Source: a virus. Taken from it: 64,000 bases of DNA. The DNA lies in the IMG/VR virus record IMGVR_UViG_3300049482_000116, positions 4,142 through 68,141 of that record; one strand, written 5' to 3'. Both the position numbers and the translations under genes were made by a program. This document shows positions 1-9,153 of the stretch, piece after piece (position 1 is the stretch's first letter; each line of letters begins with the position of its first letter). Below the pieces are notes generated by a model. That model worked only from the letters and a program-made list of their open reading frames with translations, ran no database searches and had not been told where the DNA came from.

Positions 1-164
1 TGTACAGCAACATTGCCACAACTTAATACTTCCACTTTTGGACTAGTGGCTATGGTTTCGACCTTAACTATACCTATAACACTCAACCTTCTTAGGAGGT
101 TAAAAAGCTTGTACGTTGCAGTTATCTGGTCCACAGAAAGTCGGACATAGTGTTTACTTACCAT
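1..164 (-). CDS. small hypothetical protein, runs off window edge (MVSKHYVRLSVDQITATYKLFNLLRRLSV...)
   Basis: Manual translation; ATG at 164 overlaps the end of the upstream ORF (ATGGTAA); open to position 1. Confidence 0.55.
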   Translation of the reverse strand, partial: MVSKHYVRLSVDQITATYKLFNLLRRLSVIGIVKVETIATSPKVEVLSCGNVAV

Positions 165-325
165 GCTTTACTGCTGTAATGTTGGCGAAGCATTATAGTA
201 CTATTGATAGCGCCAATAGTGGACTTAATTCCAAGATCTAGAAGTAAGAAAAACAGATATACTCTGGCCTTCATCTGCGCCTCTGTGAGTTTATCTGGCT
301 TTTTAAGTTCTATAATACCTGTCAT
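158..325 (-). CDS. small hypothetical protein, 55 aa
   Basis: ORF track 158..340; likely start is ATG at 325, coupled to the upstream stop by TAATG overlap. Confidence 0.55.
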   Translation of the reverse strand: MTGIIELKKPDKLTEAQMKARVYLFFLLLDLGIKSTIGAINSTIMLRQHYSSKAW

Positions 326-465
326 TATTTTAGTATACAAGATCTATATTGATAATGTTCAGCAAGAAGTCTTTGTAGAAGTGATTTTAATTCTATACGG
401 TAATAAAGAGCTATAAGTTCTTTACGTTGAAGCTCTACGTCGATCTTATCGATTGGACGTTCCAT
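325..465 (-). CDS. small hypothetical protein, 46 aa (MERPIDKIDVELQRKELIALYYRIELKSLLQRLLAEHYQYRSCILK)
   Basis: Manual translation; purine-rich SD AAAAGGGAAG upstream; stop overlaps next start. Confidence 0.6.
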   Translation of the reverse strand: MERPIDKIDVELQRKELIALYYRIELKSLLQRLLAEHYQYRSCILK

Positions 466-529
466 ATGACTTCCCTTTTGTTGGGTAAGTTACTTAAGTG
501 TAACTAAGTCTATTTTAGCAGGAACTGAG

Positions 530-673
530 CTAGTAGTCGGTATCTTTTAAGGTATTTGAGCAAAATAAACTTATATCTTTCGATAAGAGTTTTCTTAGCA
601 ACATATATAAGTACCATCTAGCAAGATCTTGTTTGTATTTGTTGACTATACGGTAGGCTATTTTTTGTCCCAT
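530..673 (-). CDS. small hypothetical protein, 47 aa (MGQKIAYRIVNKYKQDLARWYLYMLLRKLLSKDISLFCSNTLKDTDY)
   Basis: Manual translation; start overlaps the end of 658..909; shares LxxLLxxL motif with neighbours. Confidence 0.5.
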   Translation of the reverse strand: MGQKIAYRIVNKYKQDLARWYLYMLLRKLLSKDISLFCSNTLKDTDY

Positions 674-909
674 TTATAATCCTTTTTGATGTCTTCTATT
701 TCAAGTTCATCATCGATCAGATAGTGATGAGCTAACACATCTTGAGCCATCTTTAGTCTCTGTGGCTGACTCGGAGGAATAGGATTTAGAAACTCCGGTA
801 GACATATGGCCCTAAAGGGACACTTAGCACATCGCTTAGAGTCAAGACATTGACCATCGCTCTGCACAATCTCTTCAAGTACGTCTTTATCAGTTTGACT
901 TAAGGCCAT
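658..909 (-). CDS. small Cys-rich protein (C-x5-CAKCP-x4-C)
   Basis: GGAG SD; TAATG coupling; paralog of 909..1172. Confidence 0.75.
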   Translation of the reverse strand: MALSQTDKDVLEEIVQSDGQCLDSKRCAKCPFRAICLPEFLNPIPPSQPQRLKMAQDVLAHHYLIDDELEIEDIKKDYKWDKK

Positions 910-1172
910 TATTTACTCCTAATGATCTCATCGATCACTAGATCTGCTAACTTTTCCTGAGCGGCCTTTTTATAACGAGCATCAGCCTCTTCTTCTTTAA
1001 GTCCATCTATGCTTAAAGATTCTACACAGCTCATATATTCACCATTTTTATCCCTCGTTGACCTTCCAAGTGGACATTTAGCACAAATACTGGGTTTTGA
1101 CCAAGTACAGCTACCTTCCTCTTGTATAATCTTCTCAAGTATAGACACGCTGTCCATTGAATCGGGATTCAT
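909..1172 (-). CDS. small Cys-rich protein (C-x7-CAKCP)
   Basis: TATAAT upstream on - strand (1182-1187); paralog of 658..909. Confidence 0.75.
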   Translation of the reverse strand: MNPDSMDSVSILEKIIQEEGSCTWSKPSICAKCPLGRSTRDKNGEYMSCVESLSIDGLKEEEADARYKKAAQEKLADLVIDEIIRSK

Positions 1173-1181
1173 ATTATTGGT

Positions 1182-1223
1182 ATTATACGTCCTTGATCAG
1201 ATTAGGACCGATCGCGGTATAAT
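1182..1223. promoter_or_regulatory. divergent -10-type promoter pair
   Basis: TATAAT on - strand at 1182-1187 and on + strand at 1218-1223, between divergent genes. Confidence 0.55.
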
Positions 1224-1245
1224 TTAGTCTAGGAGCAACACTTTA

Positions 1246-2055
1246 ATGGCAATGGATAAACCAGGTCAAGTCTACCCGCCACCAGCGCAGTCGATTACCT
1301 CTACTCAGTCACCGATGCCGATTTATCTACCTGATCCAAGTATTAAGGGGGTAAGCTTCGATCAACTGCTTAATCAACGTGGTATCCGCTTCATACATTC
1401 TAAAGCTGTTCCTTGCCCAAATATTCTCACTGTCGACAACAACGCACATAACCCCGATTGTGAATTTTGTGACGATTCAGGAATACTTAGTTACGGCGAA
1501 ACAGAGATGCGAGGAGTTTTTTCTGGAAATTCTATAGAAAAAACCTTTGAGGCTCACGGTGTATGGGAAGTTGGAACTGCGGTTGTTACTTTTCCAACCG
1601 AGGACGCTGAGGGTAACCAGGTTGACTTTAATACTTACGATCGCTTAATTATGCCTGATTTCACTGTGCGCATGTGGGAGATGAAGGAATACGAGCCTAG
1701 AACTGGTGGAACCCAAGAGCTAAGATATCCTATCCAAAAGGTAGAGTATGCTAGCTCCATTAGAAACGGTGTACAGAAATTCTATACACAGGGAACTGAT
1801 TTCAATATCAATACTGAAGGACAGATCGTCTGGATACCCGGACAAGAGCCTTTCTATGACGCTAGCAGCGATCATGGAGAAGTCATAATCTGGTCATTTT
1901 ATGCTCATCCAGTTTATGTTGTAGTCCAATCTCTACGTGAACTCAGGATTACTCAGGAATTCGTTAATGGACAAAAGGTAGCACGTCGTTTGCCACAGCA
2001 AGTACTAGTACGCCGGGACTTCATGATTGGATCTGAAAAACTTGCAACTCCATGA
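1246..2055 (+). CDS. virion structural protein, putative head-tail connector/neck
   Basis: AGGAG SD; CP...CxxC motif as in neck proteins of large myoviruses; first gene of the structural operon. Confidence 0.55.
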   Translation: MAMDKPGQVYPPPAQSITSTQSPMPIYLPDPSIKGVSFDQLLNQRGIRFIHSKAVPCPNILTVDNNAHNPDCEFCDDSGILSYGETEMRGVFSGNSIEKTFEAHGVWEVGTAVVTFPTEDAEGNQVDFNTYDRLIMPDFTVRMWEMKEYEPRTGGTQELRYPIQKVEYASSIRNGVQKFYTQGTDFNINTEGQIVWIPGQEPFYDASSDHGEVIIWSFYAHPVYVVVQSLRELRITQEFVNGQKVARRLPQQVLVRRDFMIGSEKLATP

Positions 2056-2117
2056 GGTTAACCTTGAACTTAAGTTATAATGACTATTGTATAGTAATCG
2101 TTAGGAGTCACCTTTAA

Positions 2118-3647
2118 ATGCCACAAGCTGTGAGCCGTAAGCAATACAGAATGATGATGGCCATCGCACACGGTAAAAACGTGAAAGATGGAGGCCGTGG
2201 TCGTCCGCCTAAATCTGTGGCTGCAAAGTATACCTCACCTGGTGATAGTGCTCCCGAGTCTAAACATAACGATCGTGGCGGAACTTGGGGCGAAAGTCAT
2301 CATGCTAAGGCCAAAGAAAGAGTCAAAGAAGCGCGAGTCGCTCGTAAAAAAGCAAAAAAGAATTTAAAAAAGTCATTCGAAGAATTTTATAAGGGAAAAG
2401 GTAAGGCTGCAGCAACTCTTGTAATGGATAGCCATAACCGAATATTACTTGGTCAACATTCAGGTGGACTTGCTTTTCCTGGGGGCCATTTAGAGCCGAA
2501 TGAATCATTTGAAGGTTGCGCCCTTCGTGAAATGCAGGAAGAGATTGGGTGCATTGGTCGTATCTCTACTAAAATATTCCATGGCACATTAAATGGTAAC
2601 GAGTGTGCAGTTTATCTAGCTGAGATTGCTACTGGTAAACCTAAATCTTCTGACGAACTAAAGAACCTTAAGTGGTACGAAATTCAAGATATACCTTGGA
2701 GCAAACTTCGTGATTGCTGTGTAGAACCAATGAAAGAGTTTATTGGCTCACGATTTGGCAAATCATTAAAGGGTATGGAAGCCCTTGAAGTACTTGAAAA
2801 GAATATTATCCGTCAGCGTGGCGATGCTGTCATGGAAGTTACGCACGGCGATGCTCTTAAGCTAATCGGCAACGGAATGTTTCGCAAACTTCGCGAAGCA
2901 GTGTCCGGCATGAAAGATGAAGATTTTAAAGATTTTGTTATTGATACTCATACAGTTAGCATTCGTAGACACATGTCTGATGTATACTCGGGTCGCGTCT
3001 CTGACGGTCACAAAGTTGTTTACCAATTCACTAACAAGTCGCTTCCTGAACTAACTGCTGCTCTAATGTCTGTTTTCGAATGGTACATGCCAGAAGATGA
3101 AAAAGAACTTGAACTTTTAGATGAAGCAGCGCTGAGTAATGATGCTATCGACGGTGGTATCGACCAACTTGTTGAAAATTATAAGCGCCACAATATCGGA
3201 AATATCTACAACGAGATGGAAACAATCCGTGAGCAGATGCGCAATGGTATGGCAGTAGATCTTCAGCAAGTTGAAGGTCGCATAATGTCACTATTCGATA
3301 AGCTAGAAGAGTCTGTACACAACTTCTCTGGTAAACATAACGAGCTAGCACAAGCGGTCGGCGACGACATGGACGAACTTGAAGCAAAACTACGTGAACT
3401 GCAAAGCAAGATCGAAGATGTAGCTAAAAAACCTTCTACGGTTGAAGCTTTCTCAACAAATCCAGCTAATAAAGATCAAGTACATGATGCATATTACTCT
3501 TATCTCACTAAACCAAAGATTGAGATTTCACCAAACGGTAAGATCACTATCTCATTTGGTCAAGACTGGCAAAGTCTTGAGCAAGAAAACTTCTTAAAAG
3601 ACATGAGAGCTAGAGTAGTTACCAAGACGAGTAAGTCTAATGGCTAA
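2118..3647 (+). CDS. Nudix hydrolase-domain protein with C-terminal coiled coil
   Basis: Nudix box GGHLEPNESFEGCALREMQEEIG; AGGAG SD; TATAAT at 2076-2081. Confidence 0.8.
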   Translation: MPQAVSRKQYRMMMAIAHGKNVKDGGRGRPPKSVAAKYTSPGDSAPESKHNDRGGTWGESHHAKAKERVKEARVARKKAKKNLKKSFEEFYKGKGKAAATLVMDSHNRILLGQHSGGLAFPGGHLEPNESFEGCALREMQEEIGCIGRISTKIFHGTLNGNECAVYLAEIATGKPKSSDELKNLKWYEIQDIPWSKLRDCCVEPMKEFIGSRFGKSLKGMEALEVLEKNIIRQRGDAVMEVTHGDALKLIGNGMFRKLREAVSGMKDEDFKDFVIDTHTVSIRRHMSDVYSGRVSDGHKVVYQFTNKSLPELTAALMSVFEWYMPEDEKELELLDEAALSNDAIDGGIDQLVENYKRHNIGNIYNEMETIREQMRNGMAVDLQQVEGRIMSLFDKLEESVHNFSGKHNELAQAVGDDMDELEAKLRELQSKIEDVAKKPSTVEAFSTNPANKDQVHDAYYSYLTKPKIEISPNGKITISFGQDWQSLEQENFLKDMRARVVTKTSKSNG

Positions 3648-4278
3648 TATCTATTTTGAACTTGATAGTTTAAAATACATTCTTGAAAACAGGGGCATCG
3701 AACCAGACGCGGTTACGATGATCCTACAAAAAGCTAGCGCAGACATAGATCGTGCCATGGCTAGTCACACTGAAGCAGCTATGCAGCTTGCCATCGAAGA
3801 TGGAGTACAGAAGCGATCAGCTGAATTTATCAATGAACTTAAGCTTAATCAAATATCGATGCAGCTTACAACGGACTCTGGAAATATGGACTTCTCTGAA
3901 CCCCCATTCCCTATGCTTCCGCGACTGCTACAGGGCGCTAAGCCCATAAAAGATGGTTCTGGGGTCTACAAAGTCATTCCTGTAGGTGAATCTTCTAGGA
4001 ATAGACCTAGGGTGTCTAGCAATATATATGATGCCTGGAAACAGGTCAATGCTGAGAGAATGGAAGCCTCAAGAGCTCAGCGCGAGCGAGTAACCCCTAA
4101 AAACTCTAAGGCTAAGTTTAGAACGGCTACAAGTAAACAGAATGCTAATACACAGTGGGTTCAACCAGCTAAAGATAAAGACTTCACAGATACTGTCCAG
4201 AGTATAAATAAAGAACTTAGTAGTTCTTTAGAAGATATTGTTCGCAACATTATAAGAGATTATGAAGAAAACTTTTAA
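3640..4278 (+). CDS. hypothetical protein, possibly neck/tail completion
   Basis: 212-aa ORF coupled to the previous gene; function from position only. Confidence 0.5.
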   Translation: MANIYFELDSLKYILENRGIEPDAVTMILQKASADIDRAMASHTEAAMQLAIEDGVQKRSAEFINELKLNQISMQLTTDSGNMDFSEPPFPMLPRLLQGAKPIKDGSGVYKVIPVGESSRNRPRVSSNIYDAWKQVNAERMEASRAQRERVTPKNSKAKFRTATSKQNANTQWVQPAKDKDFTDTVQSINKELSSSLEDIVRNIIRDYEENF

Positions 4279-4768
4279 AACACATAATAAGAAATGTGAA
4301 GTTTGTTTAGTAGACTTTATTGCTCAGAAGTCTACTACCCGCTTTTGTTCTCCAAAGTGTAACAACCTAGTCCTATATCAAAATAGAGATGTAGAGGCAT
4401 ATAATTTAAGAAAACGCTCTAAGTCTGTAGCTAAACAAAGAAAAGAACGTTATCATAATGATTTAGATTTTAGACTGGCTAACATTTTAAGAGCTAGATT
4501 GACGAATGCTATTAAGTATAACTTTAAGTCTGGCTCTGCCGTAGCCAATCTAGGTTGCTCTATTAAAGAGTTAAAGCTTTATTTGGAGTCTAAATTTGAA
4601 CCTTGGATGAGCTGGGAAAATCATGGACGATATGGATGGCACATAGATCATATTGAACCATTAACTTCTTTTGATCTATCTAACTCAGAAGATTTAAAGA
4701 AGGCTTGTCATTTTACAAATCTTCAGCCACTGCAATGGCGTAAAAATATAATCAAGGGCGGGTACTAA
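4262..4768 (+). CDS. HNH homing endonuclease
   Basis: N-terminal CxxC...FCSxxC; WHIDHIEP...HFTNLQPL...N HNH motif; AT-rich. Confidence 0.85.
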   Translation: MKKTFKTHNKKCEVCLVDFIAQKSTTRFCSPKCNNLVLYQNRDVEAYNLRKRSKSVAKQRKERYHNDLDFRLANILRARLTNAIKYNFKSGSAVANLGCSIKELKLYLESKFEPWMSWENHGRYGWHIDHIEPLTSFDLSNSEDLKKACHFTNLQPLQWRKNIIKGGY

Positions 4769-4769
4769 T

Positions 4770-5513
4770 ATGGGATTTTGCATGCCAGAAATTATAGTTC
4801 GTAAACTTATTGACTCTGGTATTAAAAAGCTAAGGGCCAATAAACCTGCGTTTGACAACTTATTCTGCACTTTTGTGCAAGATGAGCTGGCAGCTGACTA
4901 TGGTGAAGCTTATCGTGAAAAGATCTGGCAGTGGTTTAGCACCACCAAGATCCCAGTGATCCAAGCCTGGTCGTTTAATGCCCAAAAGATTCCATGTGTA
5001 TCGATCCATCTAGCAAATGAGACCGAAGATGAGTCTAAGGCCTCCATGAACGACATTATGGGTGACTTTACTGGTGAAGGTGAAACTAAGACTGCTGTGT
5101 TCACTGTAATGGTCGATATTGGTATTCACGCTAACAAGGGTGGAGACCATGTACTCTGGCTTTACTATATAGTGAGCTATGTGTTGTTTAGGAACAAGCT
5201 GATGGCTGAGCGATTAGGACTTAGGTTGCAGACTTATTCTGCTTCAGACTACTCTAAAGACGCTATGCATATGGCAGAGAATACTTGGACCCGCTGGATC
5301 AGGTTTCGCTGCACAACAGAGAATTTTTGGGAAGATGATCCATTTACTGAAGCAGACGAAGTTAACTTAGAACCGGCTATAGGGCTAGAACCAGCGTCCT
5401 CGGTAGATGCCAGCTTAGATGTAAATATTGCAGATGTAGATACCACAGCCAATGAAGGTCTTCAGGCGGGCCGCATAGGTGATATAGATGGTGAGGACGA
5501 TTTAAACATTTAA
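4770..5513 (+). CDS. putative tail completion/terminator protein
   Basis: Position upstream of sheath; alpha/beta pattern PCVSIHLANE; acidic tail. Confidence 0.5.
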   Translation: MGFCMPEIIVRKLIDSGIKKLRANKPAFDNLFCTFVQDELAADYGEAYREKIWQWFSTTKIPVIQAWSFNAQKIPCVSIHLANETEDESKASMNDIMGDFTGEGETKTAVFTVMVDIGIHANKGGDHVLWLYYIVSYVLFRNKLMAERLGLRLQTYSASDYSKDAMHMAENTWTRWIRFRCTTENFWEDDPFTEADEVNLEPAIGLEPASSVDASLDVNIADVDTTANEGLQAGRIGDIDGEDDLNI

Positions 5514-5548
5514 CCGCTAAAGTCGGTTAGAATTAATAAGGAGATAAT

Positions 5549-5812
5549 ATGGGTAAAAATAAGCGTTGGAAAGATAATGCAAAGCATATTGAGCAATCTA
5601 TTCCAGCTGATAATGCTGCTGCTGTAGAACAAGAGACTGCTGCACCTAAATTAGATTTTGATGCTTGGTATGCAATGCGTGGGCACCGCATCCCTAAACA
5701 TCACCATAAAGAGATCCTTAAGGCAGATTTTGAAGCAAGGGGTCTTAATCAGTGCGAAAGTTTAGAAGATTTTGACAGTGCTTTAAACCAATATGGAGTT
5801 AAGCTTAGTTAG
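5549..5812 (+). CDS. hypothetical protein
   Basis: GGAG SD, 87-aa ORF just before sheath; TAG stop. Confidence 0.65.
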   Translation: MGKNKRWKDNAKHIEQSIPADNAAAVEQETAAPKLDFDAWYAMRGHRIPKHHHKEILKADFEARGLNQCESLEDFDSALNQYGVKLS

Positions 5813-5877
5813 CATCTAACTTAACCTCTATGTTATAATAGTTTTGTACATGAAACAAGACTCAGGAGATATGAACC

Positions 5878-8082
5878 ATGGCAATTAATGTAAGCTTTAA
5901 TGGTGCAACCATTTACAAACCAGGCGCTTACTCTAGGACTACGATTGATCTTGGCGGTGGATTTCCACTTAGCCCAACAGGAATCATCGCAATCTTTGGA
6001 GAGTCTGAAGCTGGCGCACCAGGCGCTAACGAAACAAACATCGCTAACAACGTGTTTAGTCCAGAACAAATTCCACAGATTAAACAGAAATATCGTAGCG
6101 GACCTCTAGTCGACGCATGTAATTTCTTGTTTGCTCCAGGTTCTGACGGAGCAATTCCAGGCGGAGCACAGGCTGTTTATATTTACAAGACCAACGCTTC
6201 GTTGCGTGCATCGTTAGCTCTAGCTAATACTTGGGGAACAGCGCGTGCTCTTGAGTGGGGACAAGGCGGAAATAAGTTAACGCTTAAGAATGTTTTAGTT
6301 CCAGCTACCTCTGCTGTCCGCGCTTCGTCTACTCCATTTGATGTGAGTGCTGACGTTGCAGGTAATACATTGGTAATTCGTGTGAACGGCGGAGCAACTG
6401 AAACGTTTACAGCTCCAGCTGCAACTACAACTCGTGCTCTACTTCAAACAGCTCTAAATACCGGAGCAAACTGGGCATCAGCTGTTGTTCCTGCTGGAAT
6501 GTCGTTTGTTGTTTCTGGTGCACTTGAGACTGCTGCAGTAGTTACTCTTACGAGATCTGCTGCCTCTAATCCTCACCGCGAAGGTCATGGACGTAACTTT
6601 GAAATTGTAAGTGGATCTCTACTTGCTTCTGCAAATATCGGACCAGCCGGCCTTATTCAGTCTGCTTCTGAAGACATGGCAGTAATCACGACCTCAAACA
6701 AGCGCGATCTTGTCGATGAGTCTATTACTATAGGTGGCAATATTGCTGTACGTATAGGTCGTAACGGAGGTATTGCTCCAAACGTAACTATCTCTGCTAC
6801 ACAGATGATCCTTACGAACAACGCTGCTCCTGAACACACTCTTGTTCTTGCGGATTTTGCTACTCTTTCTCAGCTAGCTGCTTTTATCAACAGTTCAACT
6901 GGCGGTAACTGGACTTTGACTCTTAGCTCTACACTGTTTGGACAACTTTCTCCATCTGTGTTAGATCGTCAAACTGCTCTTGGTGCGTTAGGTTCAGCAA
7001 CTGTTCTTCCTGCAACTATCAAGAGAGATGCTGTAGAAGTTCGCGATTTCTTTGCTCAGTCTTCTGCTATAGAACTTATTGCCGGCGCTAATGCTTATGC
7101 AGGTTTACTAGATGCTTCTGCTGAGACGTTCTTAACTGGTGGAGCTAAGGGTGCAACCTCTACTTCAGATATCACTTCTGCATTAAGCAAATTTGAGAAG
7201 TTCCGCGTCAACAGCGTGGTTCCTCTAATGAGCCGCGATGCTACTGAAGATGCTGCTGATGGTCTCACTGACGTAGGTTCTAACTACACCATTGACGGTA
7301 TTCATCAGGCTGTTAAGACTCATCTAAGCTTAATGGCAACCACAAAGCGTAGGAGCGAGCGTCAGGGTTATCTATCTTACAAGGCATCATATGATGACAG
7401 TAAGCAGAAAGCTCAAGACCTTGCAACCGCACGTGTACAGCTATCGATTCAAGATGTTCGCCAAACTGACAGTGATGGTGTTATCAAGTGGTTCCAGCCT
7501 TGGGCTGGTTCTTGCTTACTTGCTGGAGCTCGCGGCGGATCTCCGATCGGCCTACCTATGACCGGTAAATACTTCAATATGTCTGGTATTCGCCATACCG
7601 GTCAGCCAATGGCTACTGCCGAAGCTGACATCGTAATTGACTTTGATCCAGATCTACAGTATGATGATGCAATCCAGAATGGTCTTACCTTCTGGGAAGC
7701 TCCTCAAACTGGTGGATTCCGACTAGTTGTTGATAATACAACTTACGGACGTGATGGAAATTGGGTATTCAACCGCGGTAACGTTTTATACGCTGCTGAC
7801 GTTCTTGCTTTCGACTTCCGCTCACAGCTTGAAAACATCTATGTAGGTGTTAAGAACACTATCAATGCTACAGAAGTTAAGAGTACTTGTGAGAGCATTC
7901 TTGCTACATACCTTGCTCAAGGCATTACAGTTTCGACTTCTGATGCTAAGAACGGCTTCAAGCAGCTAGTTGTTCAGATCAACGGTAATACTATCAACAT
8001 CTCTGTTGTTGTGAAGCTTGTTGAAGGTATTGACTTCATTCTTGCTGATATCACCCTTCAGCGCGCTCAGTCTACTGCTTAA
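5878..8082 (+). CDS. contractile tail sheath protein
   Basis: N-terminal IYKPGAYS motif, IFGESEAG; sheath-like C-terminus (DNTTY...VKLVEGIDFILADITL); AGGAG SD; TATAAT at 5834. Confidence 0.9.
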   Translation: MAINVSFNGATIYKPGAYSRTTIDLGGGFPLSPTGIIAIFGESEAGAPGANETNIANNVFSPEQIPQIKQKYRSGPLVDACNFLFAPGSDGAIPGGAQAVYIYKTNASLRASLALANTWGTARALEWGQGGNKLTLKNVLVPATSAVRASSTPFDVSADVAGNTLVIRVNGGATETFTAPAATTTRALLQTALNTGANWASAVVPAGMSFVVSGALETAAVVTLTRSAASNPHREGHGRNFEIVSGSLLASANIGPAGLIQSASEDMAVITTSNKRDLVDESITIGGNIAVRIGRNGGIAPNVTISATQMILTNNAAPEHTLVLADFATLSQLAAFINSSTGGNWTLTLSSTLFGQLSPSVLDRQTALGALGSATVLPATIKRDAVEVRDFFAQSSAIELIAGANAYAGLLDASAETFLTGGAKGATSTSDITSALSKFEKFRVNSVVPLMSRDATEDAADGLTDVGSNYTIDGIHQAVKTHLSLMATTKRRSERQGYLSYKASYDDSKQKAQDLATARVQLSIQDVRQTDSDGVIKWFQPWAGSCLLAGARGGSPIGLPMTGKYFNMSGIRHTGQPMATAEADIVIDFDPDLQYDDAIQNGLTFWEAPQTGGFRLVVDNTTYGRDGNWVFNRGNVLYAADVLAFDFRSQLENIYVGVKNTINATEVKSTCESILATYLAQGITVSTSDAKNGFKQLVVQINGNTINISVVVKLVEGIDFILADITLQRAQSTA

Positions 8083-8096
8083 TTAATAATTAGACC

Positions 8097-8132
8097 CCTA
8101 CCCAGGCTATTTGGCCTGGGGTAGGTTTCTTT
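8097..8132 (+). terminator. intrinsic terminator after tail sheath
   Basis: CCTACCCAGGC-loop-GCCTGGGGTAGG followed by TTTCTTT. Confidence 0.8.
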
Positions 8133-8144
8133 AAGGATGTATTA

Positions 8145-8534
8145 ATGGGAAATTTAATTAAAAGTTTTACTAATGGGCAATGGACCATGGATGAGACTCT
8201 AGAAAAGACTAGTCCACTAGCAAGTGCGCGACCAATTACACCAAAAAAGAAATTTAGAATTAATCAGCTTAAAACCACAGGTAAAGGCGGATTTGGAACA
8301 GATCCAAATTCAGCCGATACTCATAAAAAAATGTTAGATTCTGGACATAAGGTTGAAAATCATTTTGAGCATGCTGAAGGCACTGTACATATGTATCAAC
8401 ACCCAGAACACGGGTACACAATTATGAGTCATTCAAGAGAAGGTACGCCAGGCGGGACTTTGAAAACTAAAAATAAAGATAAAGCAAATGATCACTTTAA
8501 TCGTGAAGTTGATCACTACAAGAAATTCGATTAA
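8145..8534 (+). CDS. hypothetical basic/His-rich protein with NGQW motif
   Basis: AAGGA SD; LIKSFTNGQWTMDETLEK. Confidence 0.7.
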   Translation: MGNLIKSFTNGQWTMDETLEKTSPLASARPITPKKKFRINQLKTTGKGGFGTDPNSADTHKKMLDSGHKVENHFEHAEGTVHMYQHPEHGYTIMSHSREGTPGGTLKTKNKDKANDHFNREVDHYKKFD

Positions 8535-8554
8535 AGAAGAAGTTTAGAGGTCAT

Positions 8555-9079
8555 ATGGAAAAATTAGATGAATTGATCAAGACCATGAAGGATTTTGCAG
8601 AAGAATTAGCAAAAGCCGAGCCAAAAAGCAAGGTTCCTGCTAAGCATCTACCTAAGCCTACTGTAGGCAAACCAGCCTCGCATCCACCTATTGATCCAAT
8701 GGATCATCCGTCAACCATCAGACCTCAAGAAGTTGGAAAACTCCTCAAAGAAGAAGAGGAAGTACTTAAGGTTGCAGCAAACGGACAGTGGGCTCTAGAA
8801 AAGGGAAGGAAAATGGGGCCTCATTCTTCTTATTTTAAAGAGCCAGTAAACGTTAGCGGAACACCTTTATCAATTAAGCACCGAGGCGGACAAAATTACT
8901 CTGTACATGATGCTGGTGGAACAAAAGTAGGTTCATATAAAATTCATCCTACGACATACAAGGTATCTGGTTCGTTAGATGGAGCACATAAACAACATCA
9001 TACTTCTGTGGCAAACAAAGTTGGTTTGTTGCACGGAGAAATGGAACAGCATATCCATGATGAAAATAATGATAAATAG
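8555..9079 (+). CDS. hypothetical His/Pro-rich protein with NGQW motif
   Basis: GAGG SD; VLKVAANGQWALEKG. Confidence 0.7.
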   Translation: MEKLDELIKTMKDFAEELAKAEPKSKVPAKHLPKPTVGKPASHPPIDPMDHPSTIRPQEVGKLLKEEEEVLKVAANGQWALEKGRKMGPHSSYFKEPVNVSGTPLSIKHRGGQNYSVHDAGGTKVGSYKIHPTTYKVSGSLDGAHKQHHTSVANKVGLLHGEMEQHIHDENNDK

Positions 9080-9102
9080 TTAATTCTAAGTCATAATATT
9101 GG

Positions 9103-9136
9103 GGCCTATCTCGAAAGAGGTGGGCCTTTTTCTTTT
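9103..9136 (+). terminator. intrinsic terminator
   Basis: GGCCTATCTC-GAAA-GAGGTGGGCC followed by TTTTTCTTTT. Confidence 0.85.
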
Positions 9137-9153
9137 CTGAGTACAATAGCAAT

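Noticed and set aside
204-416. + strand ORF 204..416 (and 1009..1227)
   Set aside because: Antisense to the coupled - strand ORF chain and lacking SD or promoter support
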